Positions 1 to 8,244 of a stretch of DNA of 64,000 nucleotides are shown here, piece by piece (position 1 is the first letter of the stretch; each line of letters starts with the position of its first letter). Below the pieces are notes generated by a model. The model did no database searches and had not been told where the DNA came from. It saw only the letters and a program-made list of their open reading frames with translations. Location: positions 92,960 to 156,959 of the forward strand of contig CBDUZE010000002.1 of assembly GCA_965371625.1 (NCBI GenBank), given 5' to 3'. Source of the DNA: an uncultured Alphaproteobacteria bacterium (lineage in GTDB: Bacteria > Pseudomonadota > Alphaproteobacteria > CBDUZE01). A program made the position numbers and the translations under genes.

Positions 1-1629
1 CTCGAGCCGGTGGCGCCCCAGGGCAGCGTGCTCAGGGTGGACCAGGCGCGAAACCTGCTCATCCTGTCGGGCACCGGGCGGGAGCTCGGGAACTTGCTCG
101 AGATGATCGACCTCTTCGACGTCGATTGGCTCGCCGGCACCTCGTTCGCGCTCTATCCCCTCGAAACGGCCGGCGCCAAGGACTTGGTGAGCGAGCTCGA
201 GAACGTTCTCGGCGGCGATGACGGCCCGCTCGGCGGACTCGTGCGGCTCGTCCCCATCGAGCGCATCAACACCGTGCTGGTCATCACGCCGCGCCCGGAA
301 TACCTGGCCGAGGTGGGAAAGTGGATCGAGCGGCTCGACCGCGGTGGCGACAGCGTCCAGCAACGGCTCTACGTCTACTACGTCCAGAATGGGCGCGCCG
401 CCGACCTCGCGGCCATCCTGAACGACATCTTCTCGTTGGCCGAGCCGCGTCGGGAGCAGCCCGTCGAGCTCGCCCCCGGGCTCACCCCCGCCGAGATCAG
501 GGGTCGCGGCGCGCCAGGGTCCGCTCGCACCACCGGGCGGGGGACGCTGAGCCCGGCCCGGCAAATGATCGAGGCGCAACGGGCCGCCACCGCCGAACAG
601 TTCCGACGCCTCGCCGGCGAGCAATCGCCTACCCAAGCCGGCGCCCCCGCGACCACAACGCCCGGGGCCCCGGCCTTGGCCCCGGCGCCGGGGCCGCAGC
701 GCGCGACGGGCGAGGTGGCGACGCCGCAAATCACCAGCGACGTCCGCATAATCGCCGACGAGGCCAACAACGCGCTGGTCATCCTGGCCACGCCCCACGA
801 GTATCGCCAGATCTCGGCGGCGCTCGCCAAGCTCGACATCGTGCCGCTTCAGGTGCTGATCGAGGCCACCATCGCCGAGGTCACGCTCAACGACGAGCTG
901 CGCTATGGGGTGCAGTGGTTCATCCGCGACCTGGAGGGCGTCGACCTCAGCTTGAGCCAGGTGGCCGAGGGCGCCTTGGCCCAGGCCTTTCCCGGCTTCT
1001 CGGCGATCTTCAGCAGCGGCGGCGACCCCCGGGTGGTGCTCAACGCGCTGGCCAGCGTCACCGACGTCAACGTGATCTCGTCGCCCCAGCTCATGGTGTT
1101 GGACAACCAGACGGCGCTTATACAGGTGGGCGATCAGGTGCCGATCGCGATCCAGCAGGCGGTCAGCGTCGGCGATCCGAACGCGCCGATCGTGAACTCG
1201 ATCGAGTTCCGCGATACCGGCGTCATCTTGACGGTGACGCCCAGGGTCAACGCCAGCGGGCTGGTCACCATGGAGATCCAGCAGGAAGTGAGCGACGTCG
1301 CCACCACCACCACCTCGGGCATCGACTCGCCGACCATCCAGCAGCGCCGCATCGAGAGCACCATCGCGGTGCAGAGTGGGGCCACGGTGGTGCTGGGCGG
1401 GCTCATCCGCGACCGCCAGGGGGTGACCAAGAGCGGCGTCCCGCTGCTCCAGAATATCCCCTTCTTGGGCGCGCTGTTCCGCGACACCTTGAGCACCGGC
1501 TTGCGTACCGAGATCCTGGTGCTGATCACTCCGCGAGTGGTGCGGTCGCACCAGGAGGCACGCGATGTCACCGAGGAGCTCAAGCGCCGCTTCCGCGCCC
1601 TCGTTCCGCTCGGCGCGAGGATCGAGTAA
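1..1629 (+). CDS. gspD: Type II secretion system secretin (GspD-like), C-terminal part; 5' end lies outside the window
   Basis: The ORF is open to the window edge in the same frame as 10..1629. The translation has a GspD/PilQ-type secretin C-domain motif (VISSPQLMVLDNQTALIQVGDQVPI...GLVTMEIQQEVS...ILVLITPRVV). Confidence 0.75.
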   Translation, partial: LEPVAPQGSVLRVDQARNLLILSGTGRELGNLLEMIDLFDVDWLAGTSFALYPLETAGAKDLVSELENVLGGDDGPLGGLVRLVPIERINTVLVITPRPEYLAEVGKWIERLDRGGDSVQQRLYVYYVQNGRAADLAAILNDIFSLAEPRREQPVELAPGLTPAEIRGRGAPGSARTTGRGTLSPARQMIEAQRAATAEQFRRLAGEQSPTQAGAPATTTPGAPALAPAPGPQRATGEVATPQITSDVRIIADEANNALVILATPHEYRQISAALAKLDIVPLQVLIEATIAEVTLNDELRYGVQWFIRDLEGVDLSLSQVAEGALAQAFPGFSAIFSSGGDPRVVLNALASVTDVNVISSPQLMVLDNQTALIQVGDQVPIAIQQAVSVGDPNAPIVNSIEFRDTGVILTVTPRVNASGLVTMEIQQEVSDVATTTTSGIDSPTIQQRRIESTIAVQSGATVVLGGLIRDRQGVTKSGVPLLQNIPFLGALFRDTLSTGLRTEILVLITPRVVRSHQEARDVTEELKRRFRALVPLGARIE

Positions 1630-1722
1630 CTTGGCGGTCAGCCGTCAGCGATCAGCCGTCAGCGAGCTGATCGCAGACCGCCGATAGCTGACCGCTGATA
1701 GCTGAATGCTGACCGCTGACCG
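1630..1722. repeat. Intergenic hairpin-rich repeat patch: tandem 'cagccgtcagcga' x2 and 'gctgaccgctga' units forming a ~17-bp imperfect inverted repeat (ggcggtcagccgtcagc / gctgaccgctgaccgcc)
   Basis: Read directly from the sequence between the secretin stop and the gspK-like start. The right arm overlaps the gspK start codon. Confidence 0.6.
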
Positions 1723-2776
1723 CCAACGAGGCCTCGCCCTGATCGCGGTGCTGTGGGGGCTGGTGCTCTTATCGGTGATCGCGATGAGCGTCGTCACCAC
1801 CACCCGCACCGAGGCTCTGCTCGCCCGCAACGTGGCGGAAAACGCCGAGGCCAAGGCGCTGGCGGACGCTGGCGTGGAACGAGCGATTCTCGACCTCCGG
1901 GGGTCGGTGGTCAGGGGCACTCTCGGCGCCCAGCGCGACGACCCGATGAAACCGGGCGAAGGCGCCGCGGCGCTGTCCGGAGGACGCGAGGCGGAAGCGG
2001 AAGGATCGCCGGCCGAGCCTGGTTACGGCGCGGCTGCGGCGCTTCCGCCGGACGGAATGCGGGTGGACGGCAGCGTCTATTCCTGGCGGGTGCGCGGCGG
2101 CGAGGTCCTGATCAGCGCCCAGGACGAGGGCGGCAAGATCGACCTCAACCGTTCCCCCGACGGCATTATCCGGGGCCTGTTCGCGGCCGTGGGCGTGGCC
2201 GAGGACGAGGCCGCGGCCCTCACCGACAGCATCGTCGACTACCGCGACACCAACAACGCGCGGCGCTTGAACGGGGCCGAGGACTCCGACTATCGCGCCG
2301 CCGGCCGTCAGTACGGCGCCAAGGACCGCCCCTTCGAATCGACCGACGAGCTCCTCCAGGTGCTCGGCATGACGACCGAGGTCTATGAGCTGGTGGCCCC
2401 GGCGCTGACCGTCCATTCGCGGCGCCGCCGGGTCAACCGGGACACCGCGCCGCCCCTTGTGCTCGCGGCCCTGCTCGGCCTCGATGTCGAGGAGCTGACG
2501 GCGCGCGAGGCCGAGGAGCCGGCGGTCGAGGAAGCGCTCTCCTCCGGCCGCTCCCTGCCACAGCTGCGCCCCAGTGCCACCGGCCTGGCGCGCTCGCGTA
2601 TCGGCGTCTTCACGATACGCGCCGAGGCCCGCGCCAACAGCGGCGCGGTGTTCGTGCGCGAGGCGGTGATCAACCTCAAGGGCGACCCCGGACATCTCTA
2701 CCGCGTGCTCGAGTGGCGACGGGGGCGCCTGCGGGCGCCCGGCGGCGGGGCGGGCCCGGAGGGCGAGGGAGGTTAA
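1706..2776 (+). CDS. gspK: Type II secretion minor pseudopilin GspK-like protein
   Basis: N-terminus RGLALIAVLWGLVLLSVIAMSVV, followed by a periplasmic domain with SGAVFVREAVINL, is the typical GspK architecture. The gene sits directly after the secretin gene on the same strand. Confidence 0.65.
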   Translation: MLTADRQRGLALIAVLWGLVLLSVIAMSVVTTTRTEALLARNVAENAEAKALADAGVERAILDLRGSVVRGTLGAQRDDPMKPGEGAAALSGGREAEAEGSPAEPGYGAAAALPPDGMRVDGSVYSWRVRGGEVLISAQDEGGKIDLNRSPDGIIRGLFAAVGVAEDEAAALTDSIVDYRDTNNARRLNGAEDSDYRAAGRQYGAKDRPFESTDELLQVLGMTTEVYELVAPALTVHSRRRRVNRDTAPPLVLAALLGLDVEELTAREAEEPAVEEALSSGRSLPQLRPSATGLARSRIGVFTIRAEARANSGAVFVREAVINLKGDPGHLYRVLEWRRGRLRAPGGGAGPEGEGG

Positions 2777-2952
2777 GGGCCGGTGGGGCGACGGGGCGTG
2801 ATCGGAGACCGCTACCGAGGAAGCGAACAGCGGCGACCCTCAGGGCTCGGCTGGCAGCGAGGCTTTAGCTGCGCACTCATAGGGCACGAGACGCTGCCGC
2901 GGTTAATGACCGCGGGGCCCGAAGGCCCTGCGGCAAGGTCATCAATGCGGGA

Positions 2953-4641
2953 TTATTCATTTTCAGGGATGATACGAATCTCATCCCCCCTACCATTTTC
3001 GGTGCCGTCCACAGTCTCAGACTTGAGCACGGTATCCGGTTCACCATCCTCGATCAAGAATTCGGCCCTTTCCGCCTCGCACACTGAATTGAAAAGCTCA
3101 TCAACATTGAGGTTCTCTTCTTCGCACAGTGCGACAAATTGCGGGCTCGGCAGGCCCTCGAATATAGTCTCGATTTCAGTTCCGTCTAAATTTGCACGCT
3201 GAATCCGGCCTTCGTCGGAATCCGCCCAGTACATTTTGCCGGCAGATAGGTCGAGGGCAATCCCGACGGGGCTCGTTAACCCTGTTGTGACAAGATCGTC
3301 AATGCGTCCAGTACCATCTAGATTAGCTCTCTGAACCTTCTGATTACCGCCATCGACCCAGTACATCTTGCCGCCAACGGGATCGAGGGCGATTCCACGA
3401 GGACTGCCGAGTCCAGTGACAAGTTCCTGGACTCCAGAGCCATTGAGGTTCGCTCGCTGTATCCGACGCGCAAATTCTTCAGTCCAATATATCTTGCCAT
3501 TAACATTATCCAGGGCGATTCCTACCGGAGAATCGAGTTCGGTCACTATTTCCTCAACTGGCCCTGTTCCGTCGACATCAATTCGCTGGACATTTCCTGT
3601 ACTGGCATCGACCCAATATACGTGCCGACCTGCCGGGTCTACCGTGAGCCCGACGGGAGAAACCAGCCCAGTTGTCACCAGGTCCGTAACCTCTGAACCA
3701 TCGAGATTGGAGCGTTGCACCTTTTGCGTGAGATTATCGACCCAGTAGATCTTGCCCCCCGCAGAATCGATAGCGATCCCGCGTGGCGATCCCAATCCGC
3801 TTATCATCAGGTCCTCGACATCCATCTCGTCGGGATTGGCACGCTGGATCGTGGCGTCAATTGCGTCGGTCCAATACAATTTCTTGGGAAAGGATTCGGC
3901 CAGTTCCCCCGATTGCGAGCCGATAGACGCCGCGGTCCCCGGCGAAGACGATCGTGTTCCTGATACCCTTGGCGCGCCACCCCGCCTGGACGCCCCGCGC
4001 TCAAGATCGACGTTCGGGCTCGACGCCTTGCTCCCGCGTAGCGTCCGATCGCCCTCCGTCGCACGCACCCCAGCGACAACCGAGCTCTCGCGGTCTTCGG
4101 CGCCTGACTCCGGGATCCGCACGTCAATGGTGCCCCTTGTAGCTCCCGGCGGAGAGAGGGTCGCGTCGGTTGGTGGTGACCAGGCACCGCCGGTCGCCGA
4201 ATACACGGTCACCCGTGCCGGGTGCTTTGTTTGCCCCTTCCACGACCAGACAATCAGATAGTTTGTGTCACGCAGCAGGCGCCGAAGACCGTCTTCGAGG
4301 GACAGTCCGACAAAGGCGGCGGTCACCGTCACATCCGCGCCAGAACCCTTGAAGTGAAACCGGATCGCGGCCTGACGGGCGATCGCCTCCATGACCTCGC
4401 GAAGTGTCGCCGCCCTCAGCGAGACGGTCAGCCTTCCGTCGCTGAGTGTCACGATCGATCGCGCCGCGTTCCGCGCCTCGTCCGTCGCCTCAACCGCCGG
4501 CACATGGAGAGATCGGCGCTCCTCCTCCTGGGTTACTTGCGCCGACCCAGCGGCAGCCGACAACAGCACGCTCGCCGCGAGGATGAAGAAACGCCAACTC
4601 TGGAATAAGGTGCGTCGGGCCATGAGCCTACTGGGGCTCAC
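2953..4641 (-). CDS. Secreted six-bladed YWTD (LDL-receptor class B) beta-propeller protein with an STN/FecR-C-like N-terminal domain
   Basis: Signal peptide MARRTLFQSWRFFILAASVLLSAAAGSAQ. Six ~43-aa repeats follow (KLYWTD, KIYWVD, HVYWVD, KIYWTE, KMYWVD, KMYWAD), each ending in a ...RANLDG... motif. The coding region has markedly lower GC than its flanks. Confidence 0.7.
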   Translation of the reverse strand: MSPSRLMARRTLFQSWRFFILAASVLLSAAAGSAQVTQEEERRSLHVPAVEATDEARNAARSIVTLSDGRLTVSLRAATLREVMEAIARQAAIRFHFKGSGADVTVTAAFVGLSLEDGLRRLLRDTNYLIVWSWKGQTKHPARVTVYSATGGAWSPPTDATLSPPGATRGTIDVRIPESGAEDRESSVVAGVRATEGDRTLRGSKASSPNVDLERGASRRGGAPRVSGTRSSSPGTAASIGSQSGELAESFPKKLYWTDAIDATIQRANPDEMDVEDLMISGLGSPRGIAIDSAGGKIYWVDNLTQKVQRSNLDGSEVTDLVTTGLVSPVGLTVDPAGRHVYWVDASTGNVQRIDVDGTGPVEEIVTELDSPVGIALDNVNGKIYWTEEFARRIQRANLNGSGVQELVTGLGSPRGIALDPVGGKMYWVDGGNQKVQRANLDGTGRIDDLVTTGLTSPVGIALDLSAGKMYWADSDEGRIQRANLDGTEIETIFEGLPSPQFVALCEEENLNVDELFNSVCEAERAEFLIEDGEPDTVLKSETVDGTENGRGDEIRIIPENE

Positions 4642-4650
4642 CTAACCATT

Positions 4651-4690
4651 GGACACCATACTTAATTCGGGAGAAATGAGTATGGTGTCC
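4651..4690. repeat. Perfect 12-bp inverted repeat (ggacaccatact / agtatggtgtcc) with a 16-nt loop, in the 5' leader of the YWTD gene
   Basis: Read directly from the sequence, 10–50 nt upstream of the minus-strand start codon at 4641. Confidence 0.6.
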
Positions 4691-4742
4691 CCTTAGTTCC
4701 GCAGGCACAGGCTGGACCGCCTCAGCCTCGATCTCCAGGCTC

Positions 4743-4922
4743 TTAAGGCGTGGGCATTGGGATATTTGGACCGAGTTCATCTGCAATCGGGTTGCCCACT
4801 GCCTCCTGAATCGTGGAGTAGTCTCCGGGCACGTTAATCGTCGCCGCCAGCGTCGGCGATGATGTAAGAGCTACGCCGATCGCCGCCGCGGCGCCCATCA
4901 GTGTCGCTAGTTTTCTTGTCTT
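4743..4922 (-). pseudogene. N-terminal fragment (signal peptide + ~25 aa) of a beta-helix protein paralog
   Basis: ...KLATLMGAAAAIGVALTSSPTLAATINVPGDYSTIQEAVGN... parallels the N-terminus of the 5625..6725 protein (MKRLAVLAGATLLAG...NYATIQGAVNG). It stops after ~60 codons, and the same conserved upstream element precedes it. Confidence 0.45.
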
Positions 4923-4924
4923 GA

Positions 4925-5128
4925 ACCTCCCTATTGTTCGGGTTTCGAAAACCGGGTTGCGCGAAGACCGCCCGCGCCCCGGGCGTAGTCTCGGGCGGCG
5001 ACAGCGGTGTACCGAGCCCTCGATGGCGGGAACAAACCCCGCCTCGGACTCGCGCCAGACCGCGCCGCGCCGCCCAGTTGTCAATACTCAAGCACGATCG
5101 ACGGGATGGTGCATCCCCCGAATGGAGT
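4925..5128. repeat. Copy A of a duplicated ~210-bp non-coding leader/divergent-promoter element (about 75–80% identical to copy B at 6726..6960)
   Basis: Alignable by eye to 6726–6960, including the shared block gtctcgggcggcga...aaaccccgcctcgg...cccccgaatggagta. Confidence 0.6.
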
Positions 5129-5404
5129 ATGGTGGTAGCTTTTCGCGCATGTGGTTCGAGCAGCGCAGCGGTCGACGGTCGGCTCGACGCGGCGGCGCGC
5201 TCGCGCATCCTCCGCCGCGTGATCGCTTTGGAAGCGGAGCCGCGGCCGCCAGGGGCAGGCAAACCGGCCGGCGCGGAAGGGTTCTGGCGCATCCGCGCAG
5301 GCGACTATCGGATCGTGTACACGATCGACGACGCGAACCGCCTCGTCCTCGTGGTCGCCGTCGGCCACCGCCGCGAGGTCTATCGGAGGAAGCCGGGAAG
5401 TTGA
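5129..5404 (+). CDS. RelE/ParE-family type II toxin-like protein with no obvious cognate antitoxin gene
   Basis: C-terminal RelE/ParE signature ...RILRRVIALEAEPRPPGAGKPAGAEGFWRIRAGDYRIVYTIDDANRLVLVVAVGHRREVY. The N-terminus is degenerate, and no RelB/ParD-like small ORF lies upstream. Confidence 0.55.
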   Translation: MVVAFRACGSSSAAVDGRLDAAARSRILRRVIALEAEPRPPGAGKPAGAEGFWRIRAGDYRIVYTIDDANRLVLVVAVGHRREVYRRKPGS

Positions 5405-5624
5405 GCGATCCGCACGTCAGGCGCTCCGCGATTCCGGGTCAACTCGATCGGAGCCCGGCCCCCGGCGCGGCGGAGAAGACAAACGGGGCCAGAGAGAACT
5501 CAGGAGAACTGTCTCTGTATCTCTGGCCCCGTCACTCGCTACTTCCGGAAATAAGTACACTGTCCTAAGTAAACTGTCCCCGGAATTTCTGAATTTCCCC
5601 GCAATTCCATTCCGAAAGTGACCC

Positions 5625-6725
5625 TCAGTCGATCACGTTGGCGTGCACCTTAGCATTGTCATCGGAGCCCGTAATAATATCATCCGTGCAGTTTATCGTG
5701 TTGTGGATCACTTTATTGTTGTTGGCGCCCGAACCAATCCACACGCCTTCATTATCTCCACCATTGCAGGAAAGCGTGTTGTTGGTTACCTTGTTGTTCT
5801 CGGCAGTGGCAGGATTTGGCCCCCAGTAACCCGCCCGAGCGTCGATGGCTACAGCCGTTGAACTACCCGTCACCGTGTTCCGGATGACTCTGTTGCCATT
5901 GGAACCGGGTGCAGCGTAGCCATAGGCTGCAATGAACACGCCGACCTCGTTATCAGTGAGAGTGTTTCTTTGAATCATCACATCGTCAGTCTCGAAAACG
6001 AGGATGCCGGTGGCGCTCCAATCGACACCTGGAAACCAGTTACCGGTAACTTCGTTTCTCTTAACGCCCGCCGTCGCACCACGGCTCACCTGGATGCCGT
6101 TTTGGGCAACAAACGGAGTCGGGCCAGCTCCCTCGGTCACGTTCTCCGAGATGGTTGCGTCCGAACCGGCATTATCGACGACGATACCGCCCTTGTAATA
6201 GCCGACAATCTCGTTGTTGGTAATCGTTGCCGTGCCCACGGCGCTCCAGAAGGCGCGCCCAACCCAGATCCCCTGGACAAACCCGTCGATCTCGTTGCCG
6301 TCAACCGTGGCATCACCGTTGCCACTCACATAGATGCCTATCGCGCCGCCCGTGGTCGGCCCGGTGATTGTGAAATCCCGAATGCTGACCCCGGTGGCTC
6401 CGGCGACATGGACGACAGCTTCGGGCGAGGCCATCGATAGGGGAGCGTCGATAATCGCCAACAGGGGCGTGACCGACATCAAGCTGAGATCATCGGTTGC
6501 CACTGTAACCTGTTCTGTGTACGTGCCGGGACAGACCAAAATGGTGTCGTCAGGGCTCGCGCCATTGACCGCGCCCTGGATAGTGGCGTAGTTGGGAGCG
6601 ACGTCACACGGGGCATCCTCTAGGCTTCCGTCGTTCACAAACCACGTTGTTTGGGCCAGCGCCTGCCCCCCTCCAAGAATTCCAGCGAGCAGGGTAGCGC
6701 CTGCCAATACTGCAAGTCTCTTCAT
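5625..6725 (-). CDS. Secreted right-handed parallel beta-helix repeat protein (pectate-lyase-like fold)
   Basis: Start chosen at the internal ATG, which has AGGAGG 6 nt upstream (caggaggtaactATG). It has signal peptide MKRLAVLAGATLLAGILGGGQALAQ and multiple N-rich beta-helix repeats (NNKVTNNTLSCNGG.., NNKVIHNTINC). The coding region is low-GC. Confidence 0.7.
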   Translation of the reverse strand: MKRLAVLAGATLLAGILGGGQALAQTTWFVNDGSLEDAPCDVAPNYATIQGAVNGASPDDTILVCPGTYTEQVTVATDDLSLMSVTPLLAIIDAPLSMASPEAVVHVAGATGVSIRDFTITGPTTGGAIGIYVSGNGDATVDGNEIDGFVQGIWVGRAFWSAVGTATITNNEIVGYYKGGIVVDNAGSDATISENVTEGAGPTPFVAQNGIQVSRGATAGVKRNEVTGNWFPGVDWSATGILVFETDDVMIQRNTLTDNEVGVFIAAYGYAAPGSNGNRVIRNTVTGSSTAVAIDARAGYWGPNPATAENNKVTNNTLSCNGGDNEGVWIGSGANNNKVIHNTINCTDDIITGSDDNAKVHANVID

Positions 6726-6960
6726 AGTTACCTCCTGTCTGTTTTGCGCCCCAGAGCCCCTTGCAGGGCGTCGTGCGCCCACGTCCCCGGGGGATTGTCT
6801 CGGGCGGCGAAGACGGCCTCGTGGGCCCCTCGACGGCGGGTGCAAACCCCGCCTCGGGCTCGCGCGAGACCGCGATGCGCCGCCGAGTTGGAGCGACTCA
6901 AGCACGCGCAATGGGTTGGCGCGTCCCCCGAATGGAGTACGGCGGTATGAATTCGCGTAG
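6726..6960. repeat. Copy B of the duplicated leader element, with a degenerate relE-like start region following at ~6950–7040
   Basis: Alignable to 4925–5128. Downstream sequence (atgaattcgcgtaggaggttcgag...) parallels the relE-like 5' end of copy A but is disrupted. Confidence 0.55.
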
Positions 6961-7043
6961 GAGGTTCGAGGGCCGGGGCGGTCAGGGGTGGGCAATCAGC
7001 GGTCAGCTCGATCGCGGCCGAGGGCTGAGAACGCGCGCCCTCC

Positions 7044-7742
7044 TCACGCCCTGACGGCGGCGGGGCCGCAGAGCACCAGGCTCACCAGCTCCGCCTGCCG
7101 GTGGGTATCGGTCTTCGAGTAGATGCGCCTCAGGTGGGTGCGGACGGTTTCCCTGGTGATCCCCAGCCCGTCGGCGACGTGGTCCAGGCTGCGGCCCCGC
7201 GCCAGCGCCTCCACCAGGCGCGCCTCGGCCGCGGTGAGGCCGTAGAGGCCGACCAGGGCGTCTTGCCTGAGCTCGGGCTGGCGCTCCGGGTCGCTGACGA
7301 AGACGGCCGCGGTGGCCCCGCCGTCCGCGGCCCCGTGGCCATCGCCGAGCAACGGCATCACCAGCACCGAGAGCGGCGTTCCGGGCGAGAGCCGGGAGAG
7401 GGTCATCGCGCCATGCTCGCCAAGCTTTTCGCCGTCGCCGGCCCGGGCCGCCTCGCCGATCAGCCTCCTTAGCTCGGGCGTCTCCTGGTCCGAAGCCGCG
7501 CGCAGGCGGCCGCAGGCCACGGCGATGCCGTCGTCCTGGCCCAGGATCTCCTTCGCCGCGAGGTTCATGAAGCGCGGCCGGCCGCGCGCGTCGACCACGA
7601 TGACACCGATGGGAAAGCAGTCGAGAATCTTGGCGTCCGGGTTCCGATCCGGCCCCGGCCCGGCGGACGATCGCCGCCGCCGCGGTTCGCCCGCGCGGTG
7701 AGCCGCGCCAGCGCCGCGCGCCGTGTTGGATTTCTCGTCCAT
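7044..7742 (-). CDS. LuxR-family transcriptional regulator with an N-terminal PAS-like sensor domain
   Basis: C-terminal helix-turn-helix LTAAEARLVEALARGRSLDHVADGLGITRETVRTHLRRIYSKT. Start chosen at the ATG preceded by GGGAGGGGG (MDEKSNT...). The longer ORF-track start is unsupported. Confidence 0.7.
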   Translation of the reverse strand: MDEKSNTARGAGAAHRAGEPRRRRSSAGPGPDRNPDAKILDCFPIGVIVVDARGRPRFMNLAAKEILGQDDGIAVACGRLRAASDQETPELRRLIGEAARAGDGEKLGEHGAMTLSRLSPGTPLSVLVMPLLGDGHGAADGGATAAVFVSDPERQPELRQDALVGLYGLTAAEARLVEALARGRSLDHVADGLGITRETVRTHLRRIYSKTDTHRQAELVSLVLCGPAAVRA

Positions 7743-7899
7743 CCCGGCAACCCCCTCCCTGCTCTTCCGGGCGCCTGCCGCACGGCGCACCCCAGGGCTT
7801 CTTTTTGGCGGCGGCGCCCGCGCCCCATTTGGACCTATCCGCGCGTCCAGGTCGCCGGCCGGGCACCGCACCCCGCCACTTAACCGGGAATACTACTCC

Positions 7900-8010
7900 T
7901 TGGCGACGGCATACGCATCATCCATCTGGATGAAAACTCGCGAAAAAATCTTTGAATTATTATATTTATCAATCAGAATAATGCGGTGGCCCACTTGCGA
8001 TAGGCGGGGA
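7900..8010. promoter_or_regulatory. AT-rich tract (aaaaaatctttgaattattatatttatcaatcagaataatg) upstream of the luxR-family gene
   Basis: A sharp AT-rich island in GC-rich DNA, 150–250 bp upstream of the minus-strand regulator start. Its promoter/operator role is inferred only. Confidence 0.3.
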
Positions 8011-8244
8011 GGCGACCACTCGCCAACCGACCCGCGAGGCGACGGTGGCGGCCGGTGGCGGCCGGTTGTACCCCGTCGCCGCCCGCCGAATCCAGGCCGG
8101 CGCGGGATTCACAATCCTTGATTGAGATCAATTCGTCAGGCGCGATCCCGACCGAGGCGGGCGGGTCGTGATGGGCGAAATCTCAAGACAACGGGGTAAG
8201 AGCCGAAGGGGTCCCCGCGGCCGAGGCCCCCTTGAGCCGCGGCC

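Noticed and set aside
4921-5568. 215-aa and 156-aa plus-strand ORFs spanning the duplicated leader
   Set aside because: Their upstream parts read through the non-coding repeat (Arg/Pro-rich). Only the C-terminal RelE-like part (from the ATG at 5129) looks like a real protein.
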